The notes below the pieces were generated by a model. That model was not told the origin of the DNA, searched no databases, and saw only the letters and a list, made by a program, of their open reading frames with translations. A stretch of 24,355 nucleotides of DNA from a virus (lineage: Duplodnaviria > Caudoviricetes). Shown here one piece after another: positions 1-7,516 of the stretch (position 1 is its first letter; the number at the start of each line of letters is the position of its first letter). The stretch is from positions 1-24,355 of the IMG/VR virus record IMGVR_UViG_3300021446_000020; one strand, given 5' to 3'. The position numbers were made by a program, and so were the translations under genes.

Positions 1-490
1 GCGATTCGTTATCGACTTGAATCGACACCGACGGCGGTGCCGCACCCGCAAAGGTTCGCACGAAGTCGTTCCCCGTCCCCCGGCCGTAAAGCGCCGCTTC
101 GATCGTGACGGTGGGCGGTATCGCGTTATTCAAAACGTCGATAGTGTGTAGCGTCGTACCCGCTTCGGACACTTCCGACCCGGACGAATCTAAGTTCGTG
201 TCGGCGGTGACGGCGTCGTTTCCAAACGCAAGTGCGATCGGGAAGCCGTCGACAGGCACGATCGGAATAGACCCGCCGTCGAATGTCCGTTGCCCGGCAT
301 ACTTCCCGGTAAGTTCCCGTTCCGACCCGCCGCTAATCGACCGTTCTTCTAACCAATCGACCGACGGGTCGGGTAAGTCGGTGTCGCCGTCGACTTTCCC
401 GAACCCCCGCGACGGCGTTTCGGCGGTTCCTTGGTCGGATTCGACCCCGACCGCGATTTGTGAATCGTGCCGGACGTATGGGTCGGCCAT
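1..490 (-). CDS. Putative major tail tube protein (N-terminal part, runs off the window edge)
   Basis: Not in the ORF track. Manual translation from ATG at 490 gives MADPYVRHDSQIAVGVESDQGTAETPSRGFGKV...TLHTIDVLNNAIPPTVTIEAA..., open to position 1. The 'IAVGVESxxGT..P' N-terminus and position after the neck genes are typical of tail tube proteins. Confidence 0.7.
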   Translation of the reverse strand, partial: MADPYVRHDSQIAVGVESDQGTAETPSRGFGKVDGDTDLPDPSVDWLEERSISGGSERELTGKYAGQRTFDGGSIPIVPVDGFPIALAFGNDAVTADTNLDSSGSEVSEAGTTLHTIDVLNNAIPPTVTIEAALYGRGTGNDFVRTFAGAAPPSVSIQVDNES

Positions 491-537
491 ACGAAACGAA
501 GCGGCCGACGACGCCTTAACAGTTAGCGGCGCGGCGT

Positions 538-747
538 TTAGTTTGTCGTTTGCACTTCGCACCCGCACGGAAGCCGCACCCAATAAACGAAGTTCCCCAT
601 TTCAGTTAGCGACGTCACCGACCCGTCGAACCCCGTTTGCCGGCGGGCGACCGTGACGTCGGGCGCGTCGACGTCGTCGGGCTTTCGTTCTATATCCGTG
701 CCTTCGACGGTCGCCCCGCACTTCGGACATTCGACGTCGAACGTCAT
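538..747 (-). CDS. Small Zn-finger-like protein, 69 aa (CPKC...CGC)
   Basis: Likely start is ATG at 747, which overlaps the upstream stop (ATGA). MTFDVECPKCG...LPCGCEV. Confidence 0.7.
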   Translation of the reverse strand: MTFDVECPKCGATVEGTDIERKPDDVDAPDVTVARRQTGFDGSVTSLTEMGNFVYWVRLPCGCEVQTTN

Positions 748-962
748 TCGCCCGACCCCCCGTCGACGACGTGTTCGTGCGCGTATTCCGGCGTCACGAC
801 GACGTGTTGGTTGACGCCGCCAAGTTCGACGGCGACGGTGTAAGACCGCTTGTTCACGTCGACGACGCGCCCGGTTTTGTGACAAACACGGACGGGCGTG
901 TTTTGGAAGTCGTCGCGGGTTAGTTCTTCGTCGGTCGCGTCGTCGGTAGTGGTTCGCACCAT
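744..962 (-). CDS. MVRTTT-cassette protein A, hypothetical 72 aa
   Basis: Acidic ORF whose start lies inside repeat copy 1, downstream of a TATA box. Confidence 0.8.
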   Translation of the reverse strand: MVRTTTDDATDEELTRDDFQNTPVRVCHKTGRVVDVNKRSYTVAVELGGVNQHVVVTPEYAHEHVVDGGSGE

Positions 963-1009
963 ACCCCTACTTGTGGCTACCGGATAATAAATGTGTTGCT
1001 GTTACACTA
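943..1009 (-). repeat. Dispersed promoter/start-codon repeat, copy 1
   Basis: tcggtagtggttcgcaccatacccctacttgtggctaccggataataaatgtgttgctgttacacta; 5 mismatches to copy 3 over 67 nt by manual alignment. Confidence 0.97.
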
Positions 1010-1549
1010 TTCGGGCAAGCCCTTTGCGTCGTCGACGTAATCCCAACCCGCATAGTAACAGTATGCCGTGTCGGGCTTCCGCGCCGGCGTCACCGACGTC
1101 GCTATCGAAAGTCCCCGTCCGTCACGATCGGATTCAAGCCGGTCGAAGAATCCGTCGTCGGTGCCGAATTCCCACCCGTCGCCGTGAACCAATTGGCACG
1201 TCCCCATAGGGTAATCCGACGGATCGACGAATTCGTCGCGGTTGGGGTCGTATGCTTCGTCTGCGTTCATACCCGACACTTCGGGTTCTAACACGATCGC
1301 CCGGTGCGGTTCCCCGTCACCGTCGACATACGTGACGCGGGCACCGACCATATTATCGCTACCGACAAGGTCGGACGTCGAAATTCGGTGTGCCCGTTTC
1401 ACGACCCGTAAGACGTCGGCGAAGTTCGACTTCCCGGTCTTGCCGAAGGCGTCGATTAGTGCTTGAAGCAAGACGTCTTCGTCGACGGTATAGTCGAAGT
1501 CTAAGTCGTCGAACGCTTCGTTCAAGTCTTCGTCGTCTAACGAAGGCAT
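1007..1549 (-). CDS. Hypothetical acidic protein, 180 aa
   Basis: Start re-called at ATG 1549 (MPSLDDED), with CGAAC-CTATAAG (BRE/TATA-like) about 25-35 nt upstream. Confidence 0.75.
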   Translation of the reverse strand: MPSLDDEDLNEAFDDLDFDYTVDEDVLLQALIDAFGKTGKSNFADVLRVVKRAHRISTSDLVGSDNMVGARVTYVDGDGEPHRAIVLEPEVSGMNADEAYDPNRDEFVDPSDYPMGTCQLVHGDGWEFGTDDGFFDRLESDRDGRGLSIATSVTPARKPDTAYCYYAGWDYVDDAKGLPE

Positions 1550-1615
1550 ACCCGACCGTTCGTCGCCGGGTCGCTTATAGGTTCGTATATAAGTGCCGAC
1601 GCCCAACTTAAACCG

Positions 1616-2071
1616 TCACGTTTCCACCGACCGACCACGCGCTTCAAACGCCAAAGTCACTTCGACCAAGTATGCGGAAAACGTATTGTCGTCTAAGAAG
1701 GTAATGTCGGCGAATAGCACCCTGCCGAAGTCGGCGGGGGCGAACGTTCCCGACCCTTGGTTTTGAACTTCGATTGCCCGACGGAATTCGTCGAATAGTT
1801 CGTCGCGGCGGTTTTCTTCGGACGATTTTATTTCGACGAACGCGGCGGCGTCTATGTCTTGTGACGATAGCGGCAAGTCGTGGTATTCGATCGCCGTCGG
1901 GTTCGTCTTCGAAAATTCGACGTAATCATACACTTGTAGGTCGCGCCCCTTGCCTATGTCGTCGGATTTGTCGATAATCGGCTTTTCGCCCGACGTGTTC
2001 GACGGTTCCCATTCGGTGTCGACCGCGTCGACGGTGTCGTCGACGACCTTACTTATTGACGGTTGGGTCAT
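1616..2071 (-). CDS. Putative tail-completion/terminator protein
   Basis: 151 aa; follows the neck gene with an ATGA overlap and precedes the tail tube. Function is inferred from synteny and size only. Confidence 0.5.
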   Translation of the reverse strand: MTQPSISKVVDDTVDAVDTEWEPSNTSGEKPIIDKSDDIGKGRDLQVYDYVEFSKTNPTAIEYHDLPLSSQDIDAAAFVEIKSSEENRRDELFDEFRRAIEVQNQGSGTFAPADFGRVLFADITFLDDNTFSAYLVEVTLAFEARGRSVET

Positions 2072-2643
2072 ACGCTTAGTGATTCACGCCCTTCGGCACT
2101 TGCTACTTCGCTCCCCGATTGTTCGACCACGACAAACCCCGATTGTAGTAGGGTGCCCCGGTCGGTCGCTTCGTCGGCGACTATTTCTTGGGATTGTTCG
2201 AACGCAAAGTCGACGGTTCGGGTAATGGCCTTCCGTGCCGCGTCGGGGTCGTCGGTGCCTTCGTATGCTTCTAAGAAGTCGGTGCCGGCTTGCTTCGCGG
2301 CTTCGAAGCCCCGGTTCAAGAAGTAAACGCCGTCGGTCCCCGATTCGGCGATCGACGTGACGACGATCCAAGCGACCGCCCGTTGTGCCCCTTCGACGGT
2401 GTCGGCTTGTTCTTCGCCGGCTTGCTTCAAGCCCGCGTCTAAGTCATTCCATTTTCGCTTTACCCATTCGAATAGCGGTTCAAAGGGGGGCGACGTCCCC
2501 GTATATTCGGTCGGGAATTCGATATAGGCGGCGTAATCGGCCCCGTATCCGACGACCGCGTCGACGTCTAATAGTTCGAAAAGGTCGCCTATCTTCGACA
2601 CGTCGACGTCGACCGTGACGTTCGAAGTTCCTTGCGTCGGCAT
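2068..2643 (-). CDS. HK97 gp10-like neck protein (motif order appears permuted)
   Basis: Motifs VGYGADYAAYIEF, PPFEPLFEWVKRK, SIAESGTDGVYFL and DRGTLLQSG; located after the adaptor. Confidence 0.65.
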   Translation of the reverse strand: MPTQGTSNVTVDVDVSKIGDLFELLDVDAVVGYGADYAAYIEFPTEYTGTSPPFEPLFEWVKRKWNDLDAGLKQAGEEQADTVEGAQRAVAWIVVTSIAESGTDGVYFLNRGFEAAKQAGTDFLEAYEGTDDPDAARKAITRTVDFAFEQSQEIVADEATDRGTLLQSGFVVVEQSGSEVASAEGRESLSV

Positions 2644-2646
2644 AGG

Positions 2647-3486
2647 TTAGGCCCGCCGGTAGTTCCGAAGTTCGTCTTTCGCGCCGGTCTTGAATTGGTT
2701 CGCGGCCGACGATAAGTCGGGTGAATCGTCACCCGTGTTCGGAATGACTTCGCCGTATTGGTCGCCGCCGATTAGCCGGGCGACGACCCACATAGCGACC
2801 GCGTCGCGCACGCCTTGGGTCACTTCGGTCGACACCGAATACGTCGTCGACGCACCGAACGTTTCCGCCCCGGTCGTGTAATCGGTGACGGAATGCGGGA
2901 ACCCATAGCGGTAGGACACCCGAACCCGATAGTCGCCGCCGCGAAGGTCTTGCCCCGCCGTCGTCGTCGCTACCGGGGTGAATAGGCGCACGTCGGGCCG
3001 GAAGACGCCTTTCCGGTTCGATAGGACATACGACCCGTCGGCCCGCCCTTCATCGGTCGTGACGTCGTTTGTCGACCGTTCGTTTAGCACGACGACCGCG
3101 TCGCCTTCGGCTTCGTCGATCGGCTTAACGTGATTGTGCGGAAGGTCGACCATAGCCCGCGACGACGTTTCGGCCCCCGATTGGGTTCGCTTTCGGTGCC
3201 GACGCCGGCGGTGACGGGCCGACTTTTGCTTGTGTGAAAACTTAACCCGCTTTTCTACCGCTTCGGCCTTCCGGGTTCGCCAAGCCCGCTTCGTGAACGT
3301 GTCGGCCTTCCCCGACATTCGGAAGATTAGGTCGTCGACGGCTTTCTTCGTTAGACCGCCGGTTTGTAGCGCCGACGGGTCGGCGGGTAAGTCGGGATAT
3401 TTCTTGTTACGGATATGGGCGAAGACGTCGCCGGGTGAGCAATACACGACGTCGTCGTCGATCAATCGTGTTTCGGTGACAGGCAT
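2647..3486 (-). CDS. Putative head-tail adaptor/connector
   Basis: N-terminal YCSPGDV, central VRVSYRYG and C-terminal VRDAVAMWV..RL helix, as in adaptor proteins; downstream of the MCP. Confidence 0.65.
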   Translation of the reverse strand: MPVTETRLIDDDVVYCSPGDVFAHIRNKKYPDLPADPSALQTGGLTKKAVDDLIFRMSGKADTFTKRAWRTRKAEAVEKRVKFSHKQKSARHRRRRHRKRTQSGAETSSRAMVDLPHNHVKPIDEAEGDAVVVLNERSTNDVTTDEGRADGSYVLSNRKGVFRPDVRLFTPVATTTAGQDLRGGDYRVRVSYRYGFPHSVTDYTTGAETFGASTTYSVSTEVTQGVRDAVAMWVVARLIGGDQYGEVIPNTGDDSPDLSSAANQFKTGAKDELRNYRRA

Positions 3487-3510
3487 ACACGACGGAGGTG
3501 CCGCCGCTAC

Positions 3511-3792
3511 TTAGGCGTTCACGGCGCGAATTCGAAGCAGTAGCGTGTCGCCGCCCCGGAAGTCGATACTCATGTCGAACGACATAGGTAGCGACCGACG
3601 AACGCGGGCGACGTCGCGGGCCGTCGTGTCCGGGTCGAAGGTAATCGTCGCCGACACGTATTCGTCGTCGCCGGTCCCGATAACGGTCGCACCGTCGAAG
3701 TCGGCGTCGACGTCGTGGTCGTCGATCGCACGGTCGACGTTCTTGTTCACGTATTCGGCGCGGTCGTCGGCTTCGGTAGTGGTTCGCACCAT
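3511..3792 (-). CDS. MVRTTT-cassette protein B, hypothetical 93 aa
   Basis: ORF starts inside repeat copy 2 and lies between the capsid-adjacent gene and the adaptor. Confidence 0.8.
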   Translation of the reverse strand: MVRTTTEADDRAEYVNKNVDRAIDDHDVDADFDGATVIGTGDDEYVSATITFDPDTTARDVARVRRSLPMSFDMSIDFRGGDTLLLRIRAVNA

Positions 3793-3837
3793 ACCCTTAC
3801 TTGTGGCTACCGCATTATAAATGTGTCGCTATTACAC
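3773..3837 (-). repeat. Dispersed promoter/start-codon repeat, copy 2
   Basis: tcggtagtggttcgcaccatacccttacttgtggctaccgcattataaatgtgtcgctattacac; 1 mismatch to copy 3 over 65 nt. Confidence 0.97.
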
Positions 3838-3838
3838 C

Positions 3839-3855
3839 AAAGGGAAGAAGAAGGG
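3839..3855 (-). terminator. Possible pyrimidine-rich archaeal terminator after the capsid operon
   Basis: Minus strand reads CCCTTCTTCTTCCCTTT, about 25 nt past the stop at 3881. Confidence 0.35.
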
Positions 3856-3880
3856 CGGTCGGCGTACCGGACGACCCCGA

Positions 3881-4168
3881 TTACGTGCCGCCTTGTTCGT
3901 GAATCACGACGTTCACGTCATACGACCCGGTGCCGCCCGCGCCGCTAATGGTCGCTTGTGACGTGCCCGCCGACGATACGAAGACCGAATCGTCCGACTT
4001 CGGTGTGCCGACGATAACGGGTTCTTCGGGAAGGTCGTCGCCGACCCCCGGAAGGTCGTCGGAATAGTCGATCGTCGCGGAGCCGGACGAAAGCGTGACG
4101 CGCCCGGCCCACATTCGACCGTCGCCGGTCGGATCGGTCTTACCGTCTTGGATTTTTTCGAATGGCAT
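3881..4168 (-). CDS. Small beta-rich virion protein (possible capsid decoration)
   Basis: 95 aa, Gly/Ser-rich (WAGRVTLSSGSATI), directly after the MCP. Confidence 0.55.
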   Translation of the reverse strand: MPFEKIQDGKTDPTGDGRMWAGRVTLSSGSATIDYSDDLPGVGDDLPEEPVIVGTPKSDDSVFVSSAGTSQATISGAGGTGSYDVNVVIHEQGGT

Positions 4169-4194
4169 AGTTGTGTGGTGCTATCCGACTGTCG

Positions 4195-5403
4195 TTAGGC
4201 TAAGTTGTACCGACCGACGATCCGTTCCGACGGGGCGCTTGCCGCAAGCACGCCGTAAGCGTCGACCGCGACGTCTTCTTCCGGCGTGGTCCGGGCAAGC
4301 GGGTGTAGGGTCGTGTCTTGAAGCATAGCCATAACGACGGTCGACATATCGGCCATGACGTAAAGCCGATTACCGCCGCTATCGGGCGACCCGTGCGATT
4401 CGACGATCGGAACGCCGTCGATATTGAGCGCCCGGAAGCCGAAGTTAAGTTCGTCACCGGGGCTTTGGTATCGCACGAAGTCGTCGACGCTATCCTTCAA
4501 GTCTTCGAAGGTCTTGTGGTCGGTGACGCCGATTAGGTCGTCGTAATCGGCACCGTTCCGCCGAAGCGTCCGGGTGTCCGACCGAACCTTCGATTCGTCC
4601 ATCGTACCCGACCCGCCTTCGTCGGTGAGGTTCCCGCCGTCGGCAAGGTCGAATAACCCGTCGAAGCCGTTCGGGTCGTTCCCGCCGATACCCGTCACCG
4701 AACCCGTCCCCTGAATCGCTTGGGCTTCTTCGTAGTGCCGCACCGACCGCACTAACGCTTCTTCGGTGAGCGACCGCGACGACCGAAGCGTCGACGCCGC
4801 TAACTGTAAGAAGTCGGTGACGGCGGTTTGGCGGCCATACGGAACGACGTCATACGAATGCGTCGTGTATGAATCGTCGTTTTCGACCCACGTTTCGTCG
4901 GTGCCGCCGTTCGTGCCGGGTTCGTAGTACCGTTCAACCGCCCCGTGGTCGGTTAGTTCGTCGGTCTTGTAGGTGTCTTCTTCGATCGCTACCCGTGCGA
5001 TCATATCGGCGACCGGCGTTTGCTTCGTGTCGGTGATCGTGACGTCGGGCGACACGAAGATCGGGAGCGAAGCGTTCGACCGATCGTAAGCCTTGCTTAC
5101 GACGTCTTTCGCCGCTTCCCGAATTTCGGCACCGTCGCGCACCTTCCGGTTGAATTCGGTGAACGCTTCTTGCCACCCGGCTTCGTACATCTTGGTACGA
5201 AGGTCGACGGGTTCGCCGCCCGTGTGGAACCCCATAGGGTCGGCGTAAAGCACTTCTTCGCCCGGAAGACCCGTTTCCTTCGATACTTGGGAAAGAAGCC
5301 CGCCGAACGCGGCTTCGTGCGCTTCGACTTGTTCCTTCTTGCTGATAGTTCCCGCCCGATCCGTCGACGCTTTCGTGACTTCGTGGTAATCGCTTCGGGG
5401 CAT
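4195..5403 (-). CDS. Major capsid protein (HK97 fold)
   Basis: 402 aa after the protease/scaffold; LPIFVSPDV..TPVADMIAR, EEAQAIQG...NGFDGL and IDGVPIVES match the HK97-type MCP pattern. Confidence 0.88.
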   Translation of the reverse strand: MPRSDYHEVTKASTDRAGTISKKEQVEAHEAAFGGLLSQVSKETGLPGEEVLYADPMGFHTGGEPVDLRTKMYEAGWQEAFTEFNRKVRDGAEIREAAKDVVSKAYDRSNASLPIFVSPDVTITDTKQTPVADMIARVAIEEDTYKTDELTDHGAVERYYEPGTNGGTDETWVENDDSYTTHSYDVVPYGRQTAVTDFLQLAASTLRSSRSLTEEALVRSVRHYEEAQAIQGTGSVTGIGGNDPNGFDGLFDLADGGNLTDEGGSGTMDESKVRSDTRTLRRNGADYDDLIGVTDHKTFEDLKDSVDDFVRYQSPGDELNFGFRALNIDGVPIVESHGSPDSGGNRLYVMADMSTVVMAMLQDTTLHPLARTTPEEDVAVDAYGVLAASAPSERIVGRYNLA

Positions 5404-5415
5404 TTGTGTTACCTG

Positions 5416-7221
5416 TTAGTTCCCGCCGGCCATACGGGTGTTTGCGGCCTTGGAATTCGGAAGCGACCCGCTTCCGTCGGTGTCCGAAGACGACGCTTCG
5501 GCGTCGACGCCTTCGTCTTCGGTAATGCCTTCGTAATCGACCGACGGGGCGTCGTCTTCGCTCTTTTCGACTTGTTCACGCACCGCTTTCCGGGCGACGT
5601 CGGCGTCTTCGCACCCGGTAATGTCCTTTACGACCCGATCGCTAAGGTCGTCGGTCGACATTTTGTCGACGGTCGGTTCGTCGTCGACTTTTTCCCGAAG
5701 GTCGTCGACTTCCGACTTCAAGGCTTGCGCCCATTCCGGCGCGTCGTCGAAGACGTCGCCGCCGTCACCGACCGACTTTTCGACGTCGCCGTCGGGGTCG
5801 TCGCCCCCGTCGTCGGCGTCGGTGTCGGTATCCTTGTCGACGTCGTCGCCGTCACCGTCGCCGTCCGACTTGCCGTCGGCGTCTAAGTCGATCCCTTCGT
5901 CGTCGTCACCTTCCGACATTTCGTCGTCGTTCCCGTCGGATTCGGGCGACATACCGCCGTCGCCGCCGTCTTGAAGTAAGACGGCCATGTTCCGAATTTC
6001 GCCTTCGTCGACGTCGCCGGCTTCGACGGCGTTCAAGACGAAGTCTTCGATAGTCGACGACCCGTCAAGGCCGTCGGCTTCCCCGACGCTGGCAAGCATA
6101 TCGCTAATGCCGCCGGCGTCTAACATTTTTTCGACCGATTCGTCTTCGTCGTTCCCCGTATCACCGGGGTCGGTGTCGTTCGACATTTCTTTGATGTGTT
6201 CGTTCCAAGCGTCGACGATCGACATATCCGCCGAACCCATTCGGTCGGGTTCGTCGGCTTGGTCTTCGGGCACGCAATTCGGGACTTGCCCGCTTCCGTT
6301 CGGATCGGGTTTCATCCCGACCATAACGTAATTCTCCCAACACGGGTCTTCGTCCCGTTTCACGGCCTTCTTGAACCAACCGGGAACGTCGTCTTCCGAC
6401 TTTACCGTCCCCGACGGCCCCGGCGTAATGTCGCATTCGTCGACGCCGTCGTCGGTGCCGCCGTCGGCGTCGGTGTCTGTATCTTTCATCTTCGATTTGG
6501 TGCCCTTTGCGGATTGAAGTAGCGCGTCGACGTCGATCGGCTTCGCCCCGCCGTAAATCGACAAGCCGGAAAGTTCACCGGCTAAAACCCGATCCCACGT
6601 TTCGTCGTCGAACTTGATACCCATAACCCAAGTGCCCTTTGGGTACGTGCGGCTTTCGGTGCCGTCGGGCCGTTCGAACGACGTGTCTTGCTTTAGCGTC
6701 CAAGATTCGACCGGCGTGCCCTTCCCGTCACGAAGGTCGTGGTCGCTATCGACCTTCCGGTATTCGGCAAGGTACGTGTGTGCCGCGTCTTCGATCGCCG
6801 GCTTCGGAATGACGTCGCCGTCTTTGTCGGCTTCTTTGGGCACTAACACGGGGGCGAACGCGATTTGCTTCGCTTCCCCGTCCCCGTCTTCGCCGTCGTC
6901 TTTTCGGACGTAAAGGGTGACTTCGCTTTGCCACCTATGCCGGTCGCCTTTGGGGTCTTCGGCGTTCTTGGCGATAAGCCATTCCGAATCTTGGGCGGGG
7001 CGGTCGACCGCCGACACGAATTCGACTTCTAACGCCGCAAGCACTTCGTCGGCGTTCGGGTCGCTAAGGGCTTCCGCGCCTTCTTCTTCTAACCACGAGC
7101 AAAACGCTTCGGGGTCGTCGATCGACGGTTCGTCGGCGAACGTTCGCACGCACCCGTCGAAGTCGTCGAAGTCGTACCCCGGAAACGGTTTGCCCGTCGG
7201 TTCTAAATCGGATTCGCCCAT
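5416..7221 (-). CDS. Prohead protease (XkdF-like serine protease domain) fused to an acidic scaffold
   Basis: VEFVSAVDRPA, KQIAFAPVLVP...DKDGDVI...IEDAAH, DSDH, PVESW, PKGTWVMG, GELSGLSIYG, then a very acidic C-terminal half. Start re-called at ATG 7221 because of the TATA position. Confidence 0.85.
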   Translation of the reverse strand: MGESDLEPTGKPFPGYDFDDFDGCVRTFADEPSIDDPEAFCSWLEEEGAEALSDPNADEVLAALEVEFVSAVDRPAQDSEWLIAKNAEDPKGDRHRWQSEVTLYVRKDDGEDGDGEAKQIAFAPVLVPKEADKDGDVIPKPAIEDAAHTYLAEYRKVDSDHDLRDGKGTPVESWTLKQDTSFERPDGTESRTYPKGTWVMGIKFDDETWDRVLAGELSGLSIYGGAKPIDVDALLQSAKGTKSKMKDTDTDADGGTDDGVDECDITPGPSGTVKSEDDVPGWFKKAVKRDEDPCWENYVMVGMKPDPNGSGQVPNCVPEDQADEPDRMGSADMSIVDAWNEHIKEMSNDTDPGDTGNDEDESVEKMLDAGGISDMLASVGEADGLDGSSTIEDFVLNAVEAGDVDEGEIRNMAVLLQDGGDGGMSPESDGNDDEMSEGDDDEGIDLDADGKSDGDGDGDDVDKDTDTDADDGGDDPDGDVEKSVGDGGDVFDDAPEWAQALKSEVDDLREKVDDEPTVDKMSTDDLSDRVVKDITGCEDADVARKAVREQVEKSEDDAPSVDYEGITEDEGVDAEASSSDTDGSGSLPNSKAANTRMAGGN

Positions 7222-7244
7222 ACTGTAAGCCGACCCTACCGATT

Positions 7245-7251
7245 CATAAAA
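7245..7251 (-). promoter_or_regulatory. TATA box for the protease-capsid operon
   Basis: TTTTATG 24-30 nt upstream of ATG 7221 (leaderless geometry). Confidence 0.6.
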
Positions 7252-7254
7252 GGG

Positions 7255-7467
7255 CACTTCCCTTCCCTTTAGTGTTCGATACCCCCGGCTAAACAGGGTG
7301 TCGCCGCTAAACGGATTGGTTCAAAGGGAGAATGCGGAAACGTGCGACGTGTCGACGCGCCCCGTGATAGACGCGCCGACTGTCGAACGCGGTGCGGGCG
7401 TCGAAGGTTTGGTGCGAACCGTTTGCGACAAGCCCCGCGACCGACCGGACGGGTCGCCCCGTCACCC
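7255..7467 (-). ncRNA. Putative structured non-coding RNA (~200 nt)
   Basis: Largest intergenic gap in the window, with its own TATA. Hairpins at 7448-7463 (GACGGG-GCGA-CCCGUC), 7400-7429 and 7351-7380 (11 bp with two G-U pairs that form only on the minus strand); stem 7264-7271/7322-7329. Confidence 0.5.
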
Positions 7468-7487
7468 GGTGCTTTCAACCCTGATAG

Positions 7488-7500
7488 TATAAACGTGCCG
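7488..7500 (-). promoter_or_regulatory. Promoter CGGCAC-G-TTTATA upstream of the putative ncRNA
   Basis: Canonical TTTATA preceded by a variant of the CGACAC box seen in the repeat. Confidence 0.6.
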
Positions 7501-7516
7501 GACGGGTGCGGGGGCG

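Noticed and set aside
105-656. Long plus-strand ORFs such as 105-656, 5020-5886, 7506-8027 and 23106-23699
   Set aside because: Ser/Arg-rich antisense shadows of acidic minus-strand genes in GC-rich DNA.
5027-5037. GTGTCGGTGAT match to the promoter box inside the MCP gene
   Set aside because: Explained by Ile-Thr-Asp-Thr codons, with no adjacent TATA or start; kept only as a caution about background rate.
5740-5970. Dense gtcgtc/gccgtc quasi-repeats
   Set aside because: Low-complexity Asp/Gly codons in the scaffold region, not a DNA repeat element.
7470-7495. CTGATAG / GAAA resembling a hammerhead ribozyme core
   Set aside because: Not CUGANGA, the two parts are on opposite strands, and the stems do not fit.
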